Positions 22,438 through 31,618 of a stretch of 34,131 nucleotides of DNA are shown one piece after another (position 1 is the stretch's first letter; each line of letters starts with the position of its first letter). A model generated the notes under the pieces. That model had not been told where the DNA came from. It saw only the letters and a program-made list of their open reading frames with translations, and ran no database searches. This DNA is from a virus: IMG/VR virus record IMGVR_UViG_3300045988_046485, positions 1 to 34,131 of that record. The stretch is one strand, 5' to 3'. Position numbers and translations under genes: made by a program.

Positions 22438-22603
22438 TTCTCAATTTGTTTTCAAATACGACTGTTTCGGAGAACTCCCCTGCATCGTGGTCTACTGTTG
22501 TTGTATAGATGTGCCCGTTATACGCACCCCCATACTTTAAAACCTCTCCGTTATGTACTATTTCGTCTCCGATACCGTACGCGTATTCTTGGTTGCTTAT
22601 CAT
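22418..22603 (-). CDS. hypothetical protein (61 aa)
   Basis: ATG 22603 forms an ATGA overlap with the upstream gene. No motif recognised. Confidence 0.55.
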   Translation of the reverse strand: MISNQEYAYGIGDEIVHNGEVLKYGGAYNGHIYTTTVDHDAGEFSETVVFENKLRNDGYNK

Positions 22604-23358
22604 AGCGTGAATTGAATTGCTTTGTTTATTATTTTAAAATAGCTTAAAAATTCGGGGTATGAACCATCCGAGCGCTTTGCCGACATATTGCGGTAGGAAA
22701 ACACTTCCCCCTTCATACCAAAGTAGCGGAGTAGGCGACCGTCATGTGTTATGATATAATCGTACTTCTCGTAGTTCTTGCCTTCGCGCCCTATCTTTAG
22801 GGAACTCCTGTGATTGCCAAAAAGGCTGCTATACCTTATTTTGAACGTTTTTGGCGGCAGGTGCGTTTCCGGGGAGTAAAGCCATTGTTCTAACCCCGAA
22901 AGGTCTGCATACAAGTGGCTGCCCTCCGCGTCAACACCCAAGTACATATAGGGGGCGTTACCAGTCATGAACACCGAGTAACCGACATACTTACCGTCCC
23001 ACTTCGTTCCCTCAATATAGAACGTTGCTGGCTTCATTGTCTCGTCCAAGCAAAATACCGTTGTATCGTCGCTTTCCTCGTCCTCTACGGGCTTTTCTGC
23101 CTCGGCTGGTGTAACTACCTTGGTTTCCTTTAAAACTTCCTTAGATAGCTCCGCAATGCGATATTTGCAAATGTGGATAATCTTTTCATAATCCACTGTT
23201 CGGGGTTCGCCCTCCTTGCTGCGTAGCACGCGTTTCACTATATCCGCGTCCCAGGGGTTAAGATTATATTCTTTCCAAATGTCCCATGGCTGGATAGCAT
23301 GTTCGGCATAATCGGACTTTCCTACGTTGTAACTCTGTATGTTTTCATTTGTTGGCAT
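22600..23358 (-). CDS. DUF3310-like N-terminal domain fused to an unknown C-terminal domain (252 aa)
   Basis: The N-terminus ..YNVGKSDYAEHAIQPWDIWKEYNLNPWDADIVKRVLRSK.. resembles the DUF3310 core (Y..iqp.d.i..w.l.f..gnviKY..R..K). Residues from about 100 to 252 are unassigned. Confidence 0.6.
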   Translation of the reverse strand: MPTNENIQSYNVGKSDYAEHAIQPWDIWKEYNLNPWDADIVKRVLRSKEGEPRTVDYEKIIHICKYRIAELSKEVLKETKVVTPAEAEKPVEDEESDDTTVFCLDETMKPATFYIEGTKWDGKYVGYSVFMTGNAPYMYLGVDAEGSHLYADLSGLEQWLYSPETHLPPKTFKIRYSSLFGNHRSSLKIGREGKNYEKYDYIITHDGRLLRYFGMKGEVFSYRNMSAKRSDGSYPEFLSYFKIINKAIQFTL

Positions 23359-23506
23359 AACACAATATTATTTTATTTGTTTTGAACTCATTTTTATAAA
23401 ACTCCCGTGCCATCTCCACGGTTGGAAATACCCCATCTCCAGGGGTAGGATAATAAGAGGTACGTCCCCCTTCGTTTACTGCGATAACTTTTAAGATAGT
23501 AACCAT
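23345..23506 (-). CDS. small hypothetical protein (53 aa), below the ORF-track cutoff
   Basis: Translates as MVTILKVIAVNEGGRTSYYPTPGDGVFPTVEMAREFYKNEFKTNKIILCYANK. ATG 23506 is 1 nt after the upstream stop, and the ORF fills a 149-nt gap. Confidence 0.45.
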   Translation of the reverse strand: MVTILKVIAVNEGGRTSYYPTPGDGVFPTVEMAREFYKNEFKTNKIILCYANK

Positions 23507-23507
23507 T

Positions 23508-23711
23508 TTAATTGTTTTCTACGTTAATGAACTCCGTTAAATCCTTCATGCTCGTTTCTGTAAGTTGGCGCGTGTAGCTCTGTCCCAGCATACCAATAAA
23601 CGGTTTGCCTTCCACGTGCATAATGCGCGATACATGTTCAACGTTGATAAACTCCACTTGTAATTCACCCTTAACTACGAATTCCAGTCTGATAAAATTT
23701 CCACTTTTCAT
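23508..23711 (-). CDS. hypothetical protein (67 aa)
   Basis: The track start at 23750 is TTG. ATG 23711 has the typical leader ACAATTTTAAAAAGAAAAATTATG. Confidence 0.6.
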   Translation of the reverse strand: MKSGNFIRLEFVVKGELQVEFINVEHVSRIMHVEGKPFIGMLGQSYTRQLTETSMKDLTEFINVENN

Positions 23712-23779
23712 AATTTTTCTTTTTAAAATTGTATATACTGTAATAAACAACGGAGACTTAAAAAGGTTCTCCGATTACC

Positions 23780-24868
23780 CTATTTTTTTTTGTTTAATAA
23801 TTGTTTTACTATTTCCTCTGCTATCCTCTTAACTACCGGGACGGCTACACTGTTACCGAATTGCTTGTATGCCTGCACTTTAGATACCACCACATTGAAA
23901 GGGCGCTCCCCGGTGTTCTTATCGGATGCCCAACCGTCCGAGATTATATTATACCCCTGCAGTCTGCCAGCTTCTTCTACCGATAATTTACGGGGGTTCA
24001 ACCCTTTTTCTGTTTGGTCTATCAGACAGCTCTGCCCGTCCTTATAGTATACTGCTGTTAGTGCGCCGACAAATTCTACCTCCCCGGTGTACTTCTTGTA
24101 TCCAAATCCCTTGCCGTTCTTCACGTTATTCTCTTTTCTTCGTTTATGTCCTTCCCAGGCTTTGTCACTTATCGGTAACGTGTCGGGTGTGTCCTTCAAT
24201 ATATCGGATAATCTCGTAGAGATTGCCCCGGTCTTTGCCTTCTCCTTGTCGTATATAGTATTTCCGTTTATGTCTATTCCGTATGGGAACCAGAAGCCGT
24301 CAGAGCTTATGCTATCCTTGTGCCAAGCCACTATAAACAAGCGTTCTCTATTCTGCGGAAGTCCGAAATATCGTGCGTTAACTATGTCGTAGGCATACGC
24401 GTAGCCAAGCTCTTCTATTGTATCTAAAATAACTTTTAACGTGTTGCCGCCATCGTGCGTCTTTAGCCCTTTAACGTTTTCGAGAAATAATACTTTAGGG
24501 GGTGTCCCGGCTTCTACCTTGGCTTTTATCAAGTTCGCTATGTTAAAAAACAATGTTCCTCGTGTGTCCTCGAACCCCTTTTTAAGTCCTGCGTTCGAGA
24601 ACGGCTGACACGGAAACCCACCGCAGCACACGTCGAACGTCGGGACATCTTCGGCATTAACCTTTGTTATATCGTCGTTGAAAAATAGGTATTCTCCGTT
24701 ACTGTCTTTTAAAAATAGAGAAGGCTCGTCGTCTTTATAATTGGCTTCATACGTTAATCTCGCATACTTGTCTAATTCGCTCGCAAAAACGCATCTGCCT
24801 CCAGCACTTTTCATCGCGGTGTGGAAACCGCCTATCCCTGCAAATAAATCTATAAACTTAAATTCCAT
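23780..24868 (-). CDS. DNA (cytosine-5)-methyltransferase (362 aa), with no cognate endonuclease seen
   Basis: Motif I is FIDLFAGIGGF, IV is GGFPCQPFS, VI is LENVKGL, VIII is QNRERLFIV and X is GNSVAVPV. Confidence 0.93.
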   Translation of the reverse strand: MEFKFIDLFAGIGGFHTAMKSAGGRCVFASELDKYARLTYEANYKDDEPSLFLKDSNGEYLFFNDDITKVNAEDVPTFDVCCGGFPCQPFSNAGLKKGFEDTRGTLFFNIANLIKAKVEAGTPPKVLFLENVKGLKTHDGGNTLKVILDTIEELGYAYAYDIVNARYFGLPQNRERLFIVAWHKDSISSDGFWFPYGIDINGNTIYDKEKAKTGAISTRLSDILKDTPDTLPISDKAWEGHKRRKENNVKNGKGFGYKKYTGEVEFVGALTAVYYKDGQSCLIDQTEKGLNPRKLSVEEAGRLQGYNIISDGWASDKNTGERPFNVVVSKVQAYKQFGNSVAVPVVKRIAEEIVKQLLNKKK

Positions 24869-24919
24869 GATTATTATTTTTTTTTTAAATTGATATACTG
24901 TAATAACAAAAACACTTCT

Positions 24920-25330
24920 TTAATTGTTCAACGCTTCAACCATTTTTTTAAGCTCTCCGCGGCTTACGGCTATACTGAAAATCTCCGTTAACTTCTCGGT
25001 GATAACCCAGGTACCATTAAGCTTTTGGAAATACGCCTCGTTGTTGCTCGGGTTGTTTAGGCTCACAGTCTCGCCCTTTCGGGGTTTGTATTCCGCAAGG
25101 CTTGCGAGAGTCACCGCGGCTTCCTCGGGTGTACCTAAATGGACTTTCATAATATACCTTTCGGTCTCACGCGTTACCGCCTCAATGGTTATAGACCCAT
25201 CTGTATCTACCAATTTGCAAACGCCCATGCGGAAGGACTTTAATACATCGGGCTTGCCTTGTGATGTTATTTGGCTGAATGCTGATACACTTGTAAGAAT
25301 TAACACTGCTAAAACTACTAACTTTTTCAT
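24920..25330 (-). CDS. secreted/periplasmic protein with a cleavable signal peptide (136 aa)
   Basis: MKKLVVLAVLILTSVSAFSQ has a K-rich n-region, a hydrophobic core and an A-F-S-Q cleavage-type site. The mature part has no recognised motif. Confidence 0.65.
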   Translation of the reverse strand: MKKLVVLAVLILTSVSAFSQITSQGKPDVLKSFRMGVCKLVDTDGSITIEAVTRETERYIMKVHLGTPEEAAVTLASLAEYKPRKGETVSLNNPSNNEAYFQKLNGTWVITEKLTEIFSIAVSRGELKKMVEALNN

Positions 25331-25413
25331 AATCTTTTGTTTTTAAATTGTTATATGATATAAACAACGGATGCTTTGTGAAGGTTCACCGTTATCGCCT
25401 TATTAATTTTTAT

Positions 25414-25761
25414 TTATTTATTCTTTCTATAGAATGCTCTATATGCTTTTTCGATGGCTTCCAAATTAGCTTTAGACTTTGATACCTTTAAAACAGTGTC
25501 CCAGTGGTTGAGACTCATTTCCTTTTTGTAGACGATACCTTTTGCCTGCATAAAGCTTTCAGCTGCACTGATTTCGTCTTCGTTATAACCTCTACTGGAG
25601 AAGGACAAACCAACTGTAGTTAATACGTTGCTATTAAAAGCGTAACCCAACATCACGGCCAATTTCCAAAGCTTGTTATTGAGGAAATTAATCTCTCCCA
25701 AACATGTTGCGTTCTCTTTTGTTGCTGCCGGTGCAAATACTTTGTAGCTTAAATTAGTCAT
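25414..25761 (-). CDS. hypothetical early protein (115 aa)
   Basis: ATG 25761 lies downstream of promoter copy P4. No motif recognised. Confidence 0.7.
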   Translation of the reverse strand: MTNLSYKVFAPAATKENATCLGEINFLNNKLWKLAVMLGYAFNSNVLTTVGLSFSSRGYNEDEISAAESFMQAKGIVYKKEMSLNHWDTVLKVSKSKANLEAIEKAYRAFYRKNK

Positions 25762-25802
25762 AATCTTTATTTTTAAATTGTTATTATTTCATTTTGACAT
25801 TA

Positions 25803-25844
25803 CAAATATAGGGTTTATTCTGATACGTTGTATCTTTCATTAAC
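25803..25844 (-). promoter_or_regulatory. Early promoter copy P4 (GTTAAT-N28-TATATTTG)
   Basis: Minus strand reads GTTAATGAAAGATACAACGTATCAGAATAAACCCTATATTTG, followed by GTAATGTCAAAATGAAA (shared with P2). Confidence 0.65.
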
Positions 25845-25890
25845 ACTGTTTAAGAATAAACCCTTTTTTAGTCAATCTGTTAACAAGTCG

Positions 25891-28341
25891 TTAACTTTCA
25901 AACATGCTATCCACGTCTACGTTAACAATTCTTTTGAATCCCCTTTGTTGTCCGTATGGCTTCACTCTCTGTCTGCTACGTTCCCATCCGGGTAACTTGT
26001 TCAGTATGTCGTTAATCTCGGAAGCATCTCTGGCCTTAATCTTTCCTACCTCGAAGCCTAAAGCCTCAACCAGCACGCCCGTAGCGCTAACGAAGTCCAT
26101 CTGTACGCAGTCCTCTTTTGTTATCTCGTCCTCGTCGTAATTCTCGTAATACATACGACGTTCCAGAGGGAACATCTTCTCCCAGTTGGTCGGTACATAC
26201 ATATCGCAATACTTTGCAACGGCTTCGGTGCGCGGGTCTGTCTCGAAGTGCTCCTCTCTGCCTTGTTCGGCTATTACTTCGGCCTCTGCTGACAGCAACG
26301 TAGACACACCGCGGAAATACATATTAACGGCCTCCGCCCATAACTGGTCTACGTATGCCGGGAAATCGGCCTCGAAGATAAGATGGGTGTTTTCGTTGGC
26401 ACGTACACGTACGGGTAAAAATCTACGCCCCCCTGTTGCGTCCTTCAAAAACTCGTCCTTGTTGGTCGTCCCAAAGAAAACGCACTGGCGCGGAAAGTTC
26501 TTGGTAACGCGCCCGTACGCTGGTCTAAAACTGTCCTCGGTCTTGGTGATGAAGTTCTTAACCATCTCCACCTCTGAACGTCTCATTGCTGATAACTCGG
26601 CTATTTCCAGTATCCAGCTACCTTGCAATTGTTCAAAAGCCGATTTACCATCCATCGTTGACAAGCTATCCGAGAACCACTGTTTACCCAGCATCTTAAG
26701 GAATGTACTTTTTCCCGCTCCTTGGTCGGACTGTAAGACCAGCATACTATCAAATTTGCAGCCCTTTTGGAAGATACGTTTAACAGCGCCCACCAGCATG
26801 ATACGGAAAGCCTCGCGAGTGTATATGTTATCCTCCGCACCGAGTATATCAATCAACGCGGTATCTACCCGTTCTGTGCCGTCCCATTCTAATTTTGTCA
26901 GATAGTTCTGCACCGGGTGGAAAGAGTTAATCTCGGCAACAAGTGAGATAGCATCATCTACCTTAAACGAACTACTGATGCCGTAAACATCTTCGATATG
27001 TTTTCTAACGCCTGCAAAATCTACGTCTTGGAAATCCGTGCTGCTATCCTTCGGTCTCCATATCGGGGTACGGGTAACCACCCTGCGTTCTTTAAATAGG
27101 TCACGGGCTATCAAGCCTTTTAAATTCGGGTCATACTTAAGTATTAAACCCAGGTTCTTTGCGCTCGGTAAGTAATTACCTTTTTTATCTACTTCGAGTT
27201 CTGCCATCACTTTTTCAAATGATACCTCGGGCACGTTATCATGTACCTCTTCGGGTTCTATCGTCTCCTCGAAGTCGTTCATAACCTCGGTAGCCTTTGC
27301 CAGCAAACGAGACGCGCGCATTTCCGCTACCTTTGCGTCCTTGTTTACAAGTTCATTCATCGCGTCTGTTGACTTCGTGCGGTCTTGTCCCTTATCCATC
27401 TTACCGAACTTGTGTACACGTACCAAGTCATAGGCATTAAACACGTGGTTTCCTTGGATAGGGTCGTTGTTATGGAACGAATAGGCGAACATATCATCAA
27501 AAGTAAGCATGCCCCCGGAGGTAGAACCACCGCTATACGTCCATCTATCGGGTTGGTCTGTTGGCTCGTAAACGTCCGGCAAGTATTCCGCGATAACTTC
27601 TGAAATGGTGTACGCCCGGCAAAAGTCGCCTACCGTACCTTCCTTTAGCGTCGGGTCTTGCTGCTCCTTAATGAAGGTACGTACTTCGCCTTTCTCATCC
27701 TTGTGGTATGCCCATTCCGTCGTGTTGTGCCAATCTTCGTACATGTTAAGGTATTCGTTGACGTCTAAAGGAAACTCGCACAACTGTGAATAGTCGGTGT
27801 AGTCATAATCTACGTCTCGGGACACCGAGGGGAAGAACATACAGCGTTCGGGCTGAAACGTCGTGCGGTCATACAAATCTATCCCGGTAATCTCGGCAAC
27901 CTTCCTGGCAATAGCTTCGTACTGCTCACCGTCCACGGGTTCGGACAATGGAATGATAACACGGTATCGAAATGTATTTGCCTTCGGGTTATGCTTATGC
28001 GTCCCGTGTATGATGCACGCACAGTTTATCACTGCGAAAAATCGCTCCGGAAAATCTGCCTCTCCGTAGTCGATATCAAGCACCAATAGCGAACGCTCGC
28101 CTACGTTGTTTTTGTTTCGCCTGCTACCGAATAACTCACCGCCCATGAATGCGCCTACGTCTTTAATCGCCCCTTGTTCGGCTTTGCTCGCTGCCATGAA
28201 CTCGCGGTATGTTTCCTCCGTTACTTTCGCACTGGTGAACCTCTTTACAAGTTCCTCCCATGTGTAGGTACGGTTTTTCCAACTTACCGATTTGGCATTC
28301 GTCGCAGTGGCAACCTTAAAAGTCATTTTCTTTAAATCCAT
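25891..28341 (-). CDS. primase-polymerase fused to a VirE/D5-type P-loop helicase (816 aa)
   Basis: The N-terminus has LLVLDIDYGE (catalytic DxD) and GTHKH. The C-terminal half has Walker A LQSDQGAGKSTFL and VirE-like ILEIAEL / GGRRFLPV blocks. Confidence 0.85.
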   Translation of the reverse strand: MDLKKMTFKVATATNAKSVSWKNRTYTWEELVKRFTSAKVTEETYREFMAASKAEQGAIKDVGAFMGGELFGSRRNKNNVGERSLLVLDIDYGEADFPERFFAVINCACIIHGTHKHNPKANTFRYRVIIPLSEPVDGEQYEAIARKVAEITGIDLYDRTTFQPERCMFFPSVSRDVDYDYTDYSQLCEFPLDVNEYLNMYEDWHNTTEWAYHKDEKGEVRTFIKEQQDPTLKEGTVGDFCRAYTISEVIAEYLPDVYEPTDQPDRWTYSGGSTSGGMLTFDDMFAYSFHNNDPIQGNHVFNAYDLVRVHKFGKMDKGQDRTKSTDAMNELVNKDAKVAEMRASRLLAKATEVMNDFEETIEPEEVHDNVPEVSFEKVMAELEVDKKGNYLPSAKNLGLILKYDPNLKGLIARDLFKERRVVTRTPIWRPKDSSTDFQDVDFAGVRKHIEDVYGISSSFKVDDAISLVAEINSFHPVQNYLTKLEWDGTERVDTALIDILGAEDNIYTREAFRIMLVGAVKRIFQKGCKFDSMLVLQSDQGAGKSTFLKMLGKQWFSDSLSTMDGKSAFEQLQGSWILEIAELSAMRRSEVEMVKNFITKTEDSFRPAYGRVTKNFPRQCVFFGTTNKDEFLKDATGGRRFLPVRVRANENTHLIFEADFPAYVDQLWAEAVNMYFRGVSTLLSAEAEVIAEQGREEHFETDPRTEAVAKYCDMYVPTNWEKMFPLERRMYYENYDEDEITKEDCVQMDFVSATGVLVEALGFEVGKIKARDASEINDILNKLPGWERSRQRVKPYGQQRGFKRIVNVDVDSMFES

Positions 28342-28344
28342 TCC

Positions 28345-30363
28345 CTAATCTTTTTTATAATAATCTGTTATGTAACCTGCTGCTCGCAATGGAATGTTGA
28401 CTGCCCACCATGGGGCGTTGCACATCGCATCTATCATCGCGTTAAGCGTTAATTCTTCGTTCCCGTCTTTAGGTATTTCCGCGGCTATTTCGTCGTGCAC
28501 ATGCAGCACAATGTTATAACCCATATCGAATACCTTGAAAATCGCATTCGCCAGTAAATCGCGGCTTATTGCCTGCACAATGTTCTCCGTTAGCTTGCCT
28601 CCATAGGTGTGTAACTTCGCCCATTTGCCCGTGGTTTGTTCTTGCCCCATGTAGGATATATCCTGCACGTCGAACTCACCGTTCGCTCCCGATATTGTTC
28701 TACTGCTTAAACGCGCGGAGGGGTAAAAAAGTTTTCGCCCCGAGGGTAATTCTATTGTCATTGCACCGCCCTCATATCTGAATGTTATCGTAGAAAGCTC
28801 ATCGATAACGAACGTTTGCGGTCTGCGTGTACCTATACACATTTTTGCAGCATTTTCTAAAGACTTCCACAAAGATACTACTTTTTTGTTAGCTTCTCTC
28901 CATTTTGACAATATTTGAGGTTTTTCTTCTTCCGTTAACGCTTTCTTGGTATCCATCGTAGTAAGGGCGTTAACCCCACCCCCATAACCTAATGCAAGCT
29001 CGGCAACCTTTCCGCGCTGTCTTAGCTCGTCGCCTTTATGAACGGGAACACCGAACATCTTAGACGCGGAAGCGCAATATATATCTGCCTTTGGGTCTTT
29101 GAACAAATCAAGCCTCCATTTTTCGTTAGCTACCCAGGCAATTACACGGGCCTCAATGGCCGAGAAGTCAGCCACCGAAAAGGTGTACCCTTCGGGGGCA
29201 ATAAACGCGGTACGGATAAGCTGCGATAGAATGTGTGTGGGCTTCTCATACATTAATTCCATCAGCGATAAATCATGCAACTTTGCCAGGTCTCGCGCTT
29301 CGTCCAGCTCCTCGATATGGTTTTGCGGTAGGTTCTGCAACTGAACCAAACGCCCGGCCCATCGCCCGGTACGGTTAGCACCATAGTATCTAAACAGCCC
29401 TCTAATACGGTCTCCTCGTCCTGCGCTCGCGAGGATGGCGGTGTATTTAGCATTCGATGTTTTACCTATTTCCCTGCGTAGCTCGATAACGTCTAACACC
29501 GCTTGCTTATCCGCTTCGGAGACGTTTTCAAGGCTCGCAATCTCTTTTATAACATCCTCTATCACTCCCTTTGTTAGCGACGAAACAACCACCCCGGTAC
29601 GCTCCTTAATGAAGCTCTTTAGCTGGGGCATGGACTTAAGAGAACCGATACCGTATTTGCTTTCGGCTATCTCGGCTAATTTCTGCTTATATTCTTCGTC
29701 CATATCCCGGGCGGCCGTCGCTAATTGCAAATCGGCACGTATTCCGTAGTCGTTTATGCGTTGGTCCGCTGCATATATCTTTTGCTCTATTTCGGGAAAT
29801 TCAAACCTTGATAACTTACCGAATATTTCCTTTTCAGAAAGCACGTCATAGAGCAGGTATTCTTTGAACTCTTCCCAGGCTTCCGGGTCATGCTCGGGGA
29901 GGTTACGGGTACGCCCACCGTTCGTCTTTGTAGGTTTGCACGGTACGGAGAAATAACGGATAAGGTTTTTGCCCGTGCCTAATTTCTTATCCTGCAAATC
30001 GAGAATCTGTGAAACCGCGTCAAGCGATGGCGGCATACCGCAATAGAGCGCCATGTTAGCCGTACAGAAGAATCGCATAGGACTTATATCAAAGCCGTAT
30101 TCCTTCAAACAGACGCGCTCAAACGTAGCGTTGTGGGCTACTATAACTACTTCCGGGTCATTAGCTACAGATGCGAACAACTCGTTAAACTCTGTACGCC
30201 CGTTGGGGGTTGTAAGGTCTATTATTGATACCCCCGTGTCGGTGTCCCACATATAACCGCAAAGGAGTATCTCGAAATTCTCGTCCTCACAGTATTTATA
30301 GTTACCAGCGCTTTTAATGTCTGTAGTACTAAAGGTTTCCAGGTCAATGAATAAATTTCGCAT
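28345..30363 (-). CDS. family A DNA polymerase with 3'-5' exonuclease domain (about 672 aa)
   Basis: Exo I is FIDLETFS and Exo II is AHNATFE. Pol motif A is DFSAIEARVIAW, B is RQRGKVAELALGYGGG and C is VLHVHDEI. The track start is GTG; ATG 30363 is used. Confidence 0.93.
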   Translation of the reverse strand: MRNLFIDLETFSTTDIKSAGNYKYCEDENFEILLCGYMWDTDTGVSIIDLTTPNGRTEFNELFASVANDPEVVIVAHNATFERVCLKEYGFDISPMRFFCTANMALYCGMPPSLDAVSQILDLQDKKLGTGKNLIRYFSVPCKPTKTNGGRTRNLPEHDPEAWEEFKEYLLYDVLSEKEIFGKLSRFEFPEIEQKIYAADQRINDYGIRADLQLATAARDMDEEYKQKLAEIAESKYGIGSLKSMPQLKSFIKERTGVVVSSLTKGVIEDVIKEIASLENVSEADKQAVLDVIELRREIGKTSNAKYTAILASAGRGDRIRGLFRYYGANRTGRWAGRLVQLQNLPQNHIEELDEARDLAKLHDLSLMELMYEKPTHILSQLIRTAFIAPEGYTFSVADFSAIEARVIAWVANEKWRLDLFKDPKADIYCASASKMFGVPVHKGDELRQRGKVAELALGYGGGVNALTTMDTKKALTEEEKPQILSKWREANKKVVSLWKSLENAAKMCIGTRRPQTFVIDELSTITFRYEGGAMTIELPSGRKLFYPSARLSSRTISGANGEFDVQDISYMGQEQTTGKWAKLHTYGGKLTENIVQAISRDLLANAIFKVFDMGYNIVLHVHDEIAAEIPKDGNEELTLNAMIDAMCNAPWWAVNIPLRAAGYITDYYKKD

Positions 30364-30399
30364 AATCACTTGTTTTAATTGTTATTACTATTATAACGG

Positions 30400-30430
30400 C
30401 AAAGGTACGACAATGTTTTTAATAAACAAG
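30400..30430 (-). promoter_or_regulatory. Standard-type promoter candidate for the polymerase/primase operon (TTG-N19-TACCTTTG)
   Basis: Minus strand reads CTTGTTTATTAAAAACATTGTCGTACCTTTG, with the -7 box at 30407..30400, 36 nt upstream of ATG 30363. Confidence 0.45.
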
Positions 30431-30432
30431 AA

Positions 30433-30475
30433 AAAAGGCTACTAATTGCATTTATTTAACAATTAGTAGCCTTTT
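30433..30475 (-). terminator. Strong rho-independent terminator (16-bp perfect stem) after the metallophosphoesterase gene
   Basis: AAAAGGCTACTAATTG-N11-CAATTAGTAGCCTTTT has A/T runs on both sides, so it could act on either strand. On the minus strand it is followed by UUUUUUCUUG. Confidence 0.85.
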
Positions 30476-30478
30476 AAC

Positions 30479-31582
30479 TTAATCGGCAAAAATAGGCGAG
30501 TAGAAAATAAATCCTCTCTTTTCATTCAGAATAACGTATGTTTGTTGCGGTTCTTCATGTGCCAGTCCGTGCCCCATTGCGAACGCGTCGAAACCTTTCA
30601 GAGAGCCGTTAACACAAACCTCTTTAGTGTATACCATTTGGTGGTAATGCCCCAAAAAGGCTTTATCAATCTTTATTGTTTGGTTCATTTTGGCGTACCA
30701 TCTCATCATTGACGGGTAAATGCCCCCGATACCTCCAGCCGTGCGGAATTGATGCCCGTGCGCGAATAAAATTTTCTTTCCGTACACGTCGATATAGGCA
30801 AATTCACTTTCCGGGATAATGAAGTTAAACCTTGTAAGCCCCATAAGTGTTAGAGTGTGTTCGATGTCCTTGTAGAGGAAATACTCATAATTCATCTCGA
30901 AACCGTTGCTAAATTGCATCTTTTTTGTAGTTCTTGAATGGTTTCCGCAAATGCCGATGACAGTAATTTTGTTAACCTCGGGTAACTGGTCGTGCAGATA
31001 CTTAAGCCCGGAAATAATTAGGTTCTTAACAAAGCTAACACCGCGCATAGGTGACATGCTATTCGTTTGCTCGAGTTCGGGGTGGATATAGCCGCCTATC
31101 ATATCGCCAATCAAACCAATAACCAAGTTATCTACGGGCTTTTTCTTTATCATGTAGGCGGCATTCGCAAAGAAATTAGTGATACGCTTTTCTGCGATAT
31201 CCTTGTTATACTCGTTTTTGCCCAATACTGTAGAAGCCTTTACTACTTCGTCAGCGTGCCAGTCCGACGCGATAAGAAAGCCCGTATTACCCTCGTCAAG
31301 TGATGTCTTTTTCTTCGGTGTGATGTCTACCAGTTCGACGGGCGGCGCGTCCTTCTTCAAACCGATAATACCCTTTAGTTCTTCTTCGTTGTAATAACTT
31401 TTAAGCTCCTCTATCAACGGGTCTACCAATATTTCGATAGGTTCGCTTTCCGATACTGTATGCCCGTTCATTCGTGCATTCCAGTACGCTGTATCTCTCT
31501 TTGTGTACTTCTTCACGGGTTTGCCCGTTGCCTTTGAAATTCTAACCCCCTGCGCGTTTATGTATGAATCACTTTTTCCCAT
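30479..31582 (-). CDS. calcineurin-like metallophosphoesterase (367 aa), possibly an Mre11/SbcD-like nuclease
   Basis: Ordered motifs are SDWHAD, GDMIGG, GNHSR, HGHQF and GHYHQ. Confidence 0.85.
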   Translation of the reverse strand: MGKSDSYINAQGVRISKATGKPVKKYTKRDTAYWNARMNGHTVSESEPIEILVDPLIEELKSYYNEEELKGIIGLKKDAPPVELVDITPKKKTSLDEGNTGFLIASDWHADEVVKASTVLGKNEYNKDIAEKRITNFFANAAYMIKKKPVDNLVIGLIGDMIGGYIHPELEQTNSMSPMRGVSFVKNLIISGLKYLHDQLPEVNKITVIGICGNHSRTTKKMQFSNGFEMNYEYFLYKDIEHTLTLMGLTRFNFIIPESEFAYIDVYGKKILFAHGHQFRTAGGIGGIYPSMMRWYAKMNQTIKIDKAFLGHYHQMVYTKEVCVNGSLKGFDAFAMGHGLAHEEPQQTYVILNEKRGFIFYSPIFAD

Positions 31583-31600
31583 TTTTGCTTTTTAAATTGT

Positions 31601-31618
31601 GGGGGCCTTTACGCCCCC
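31601..31618 (-). other. GC-rich stem-loop between the SSB and metallophosphoesterase genes
   Basis: GGGGGC-N6-GCCCCC lies 19 nt upstream of ATG 31582, with no U-tract. Confidence 0.5.

Noticed and set aside
23172-23180. A perfect DnaA-box 9-mer (TGTGGATAA) inside the DUF3310-like gene.
   Set aside because: It is a single copy in coding sequence. One chance occurrence of a given 9-mer in about 68 kb of two-strand sequence is not unlikely, and there is no cluster or adjacent AT-rich region.
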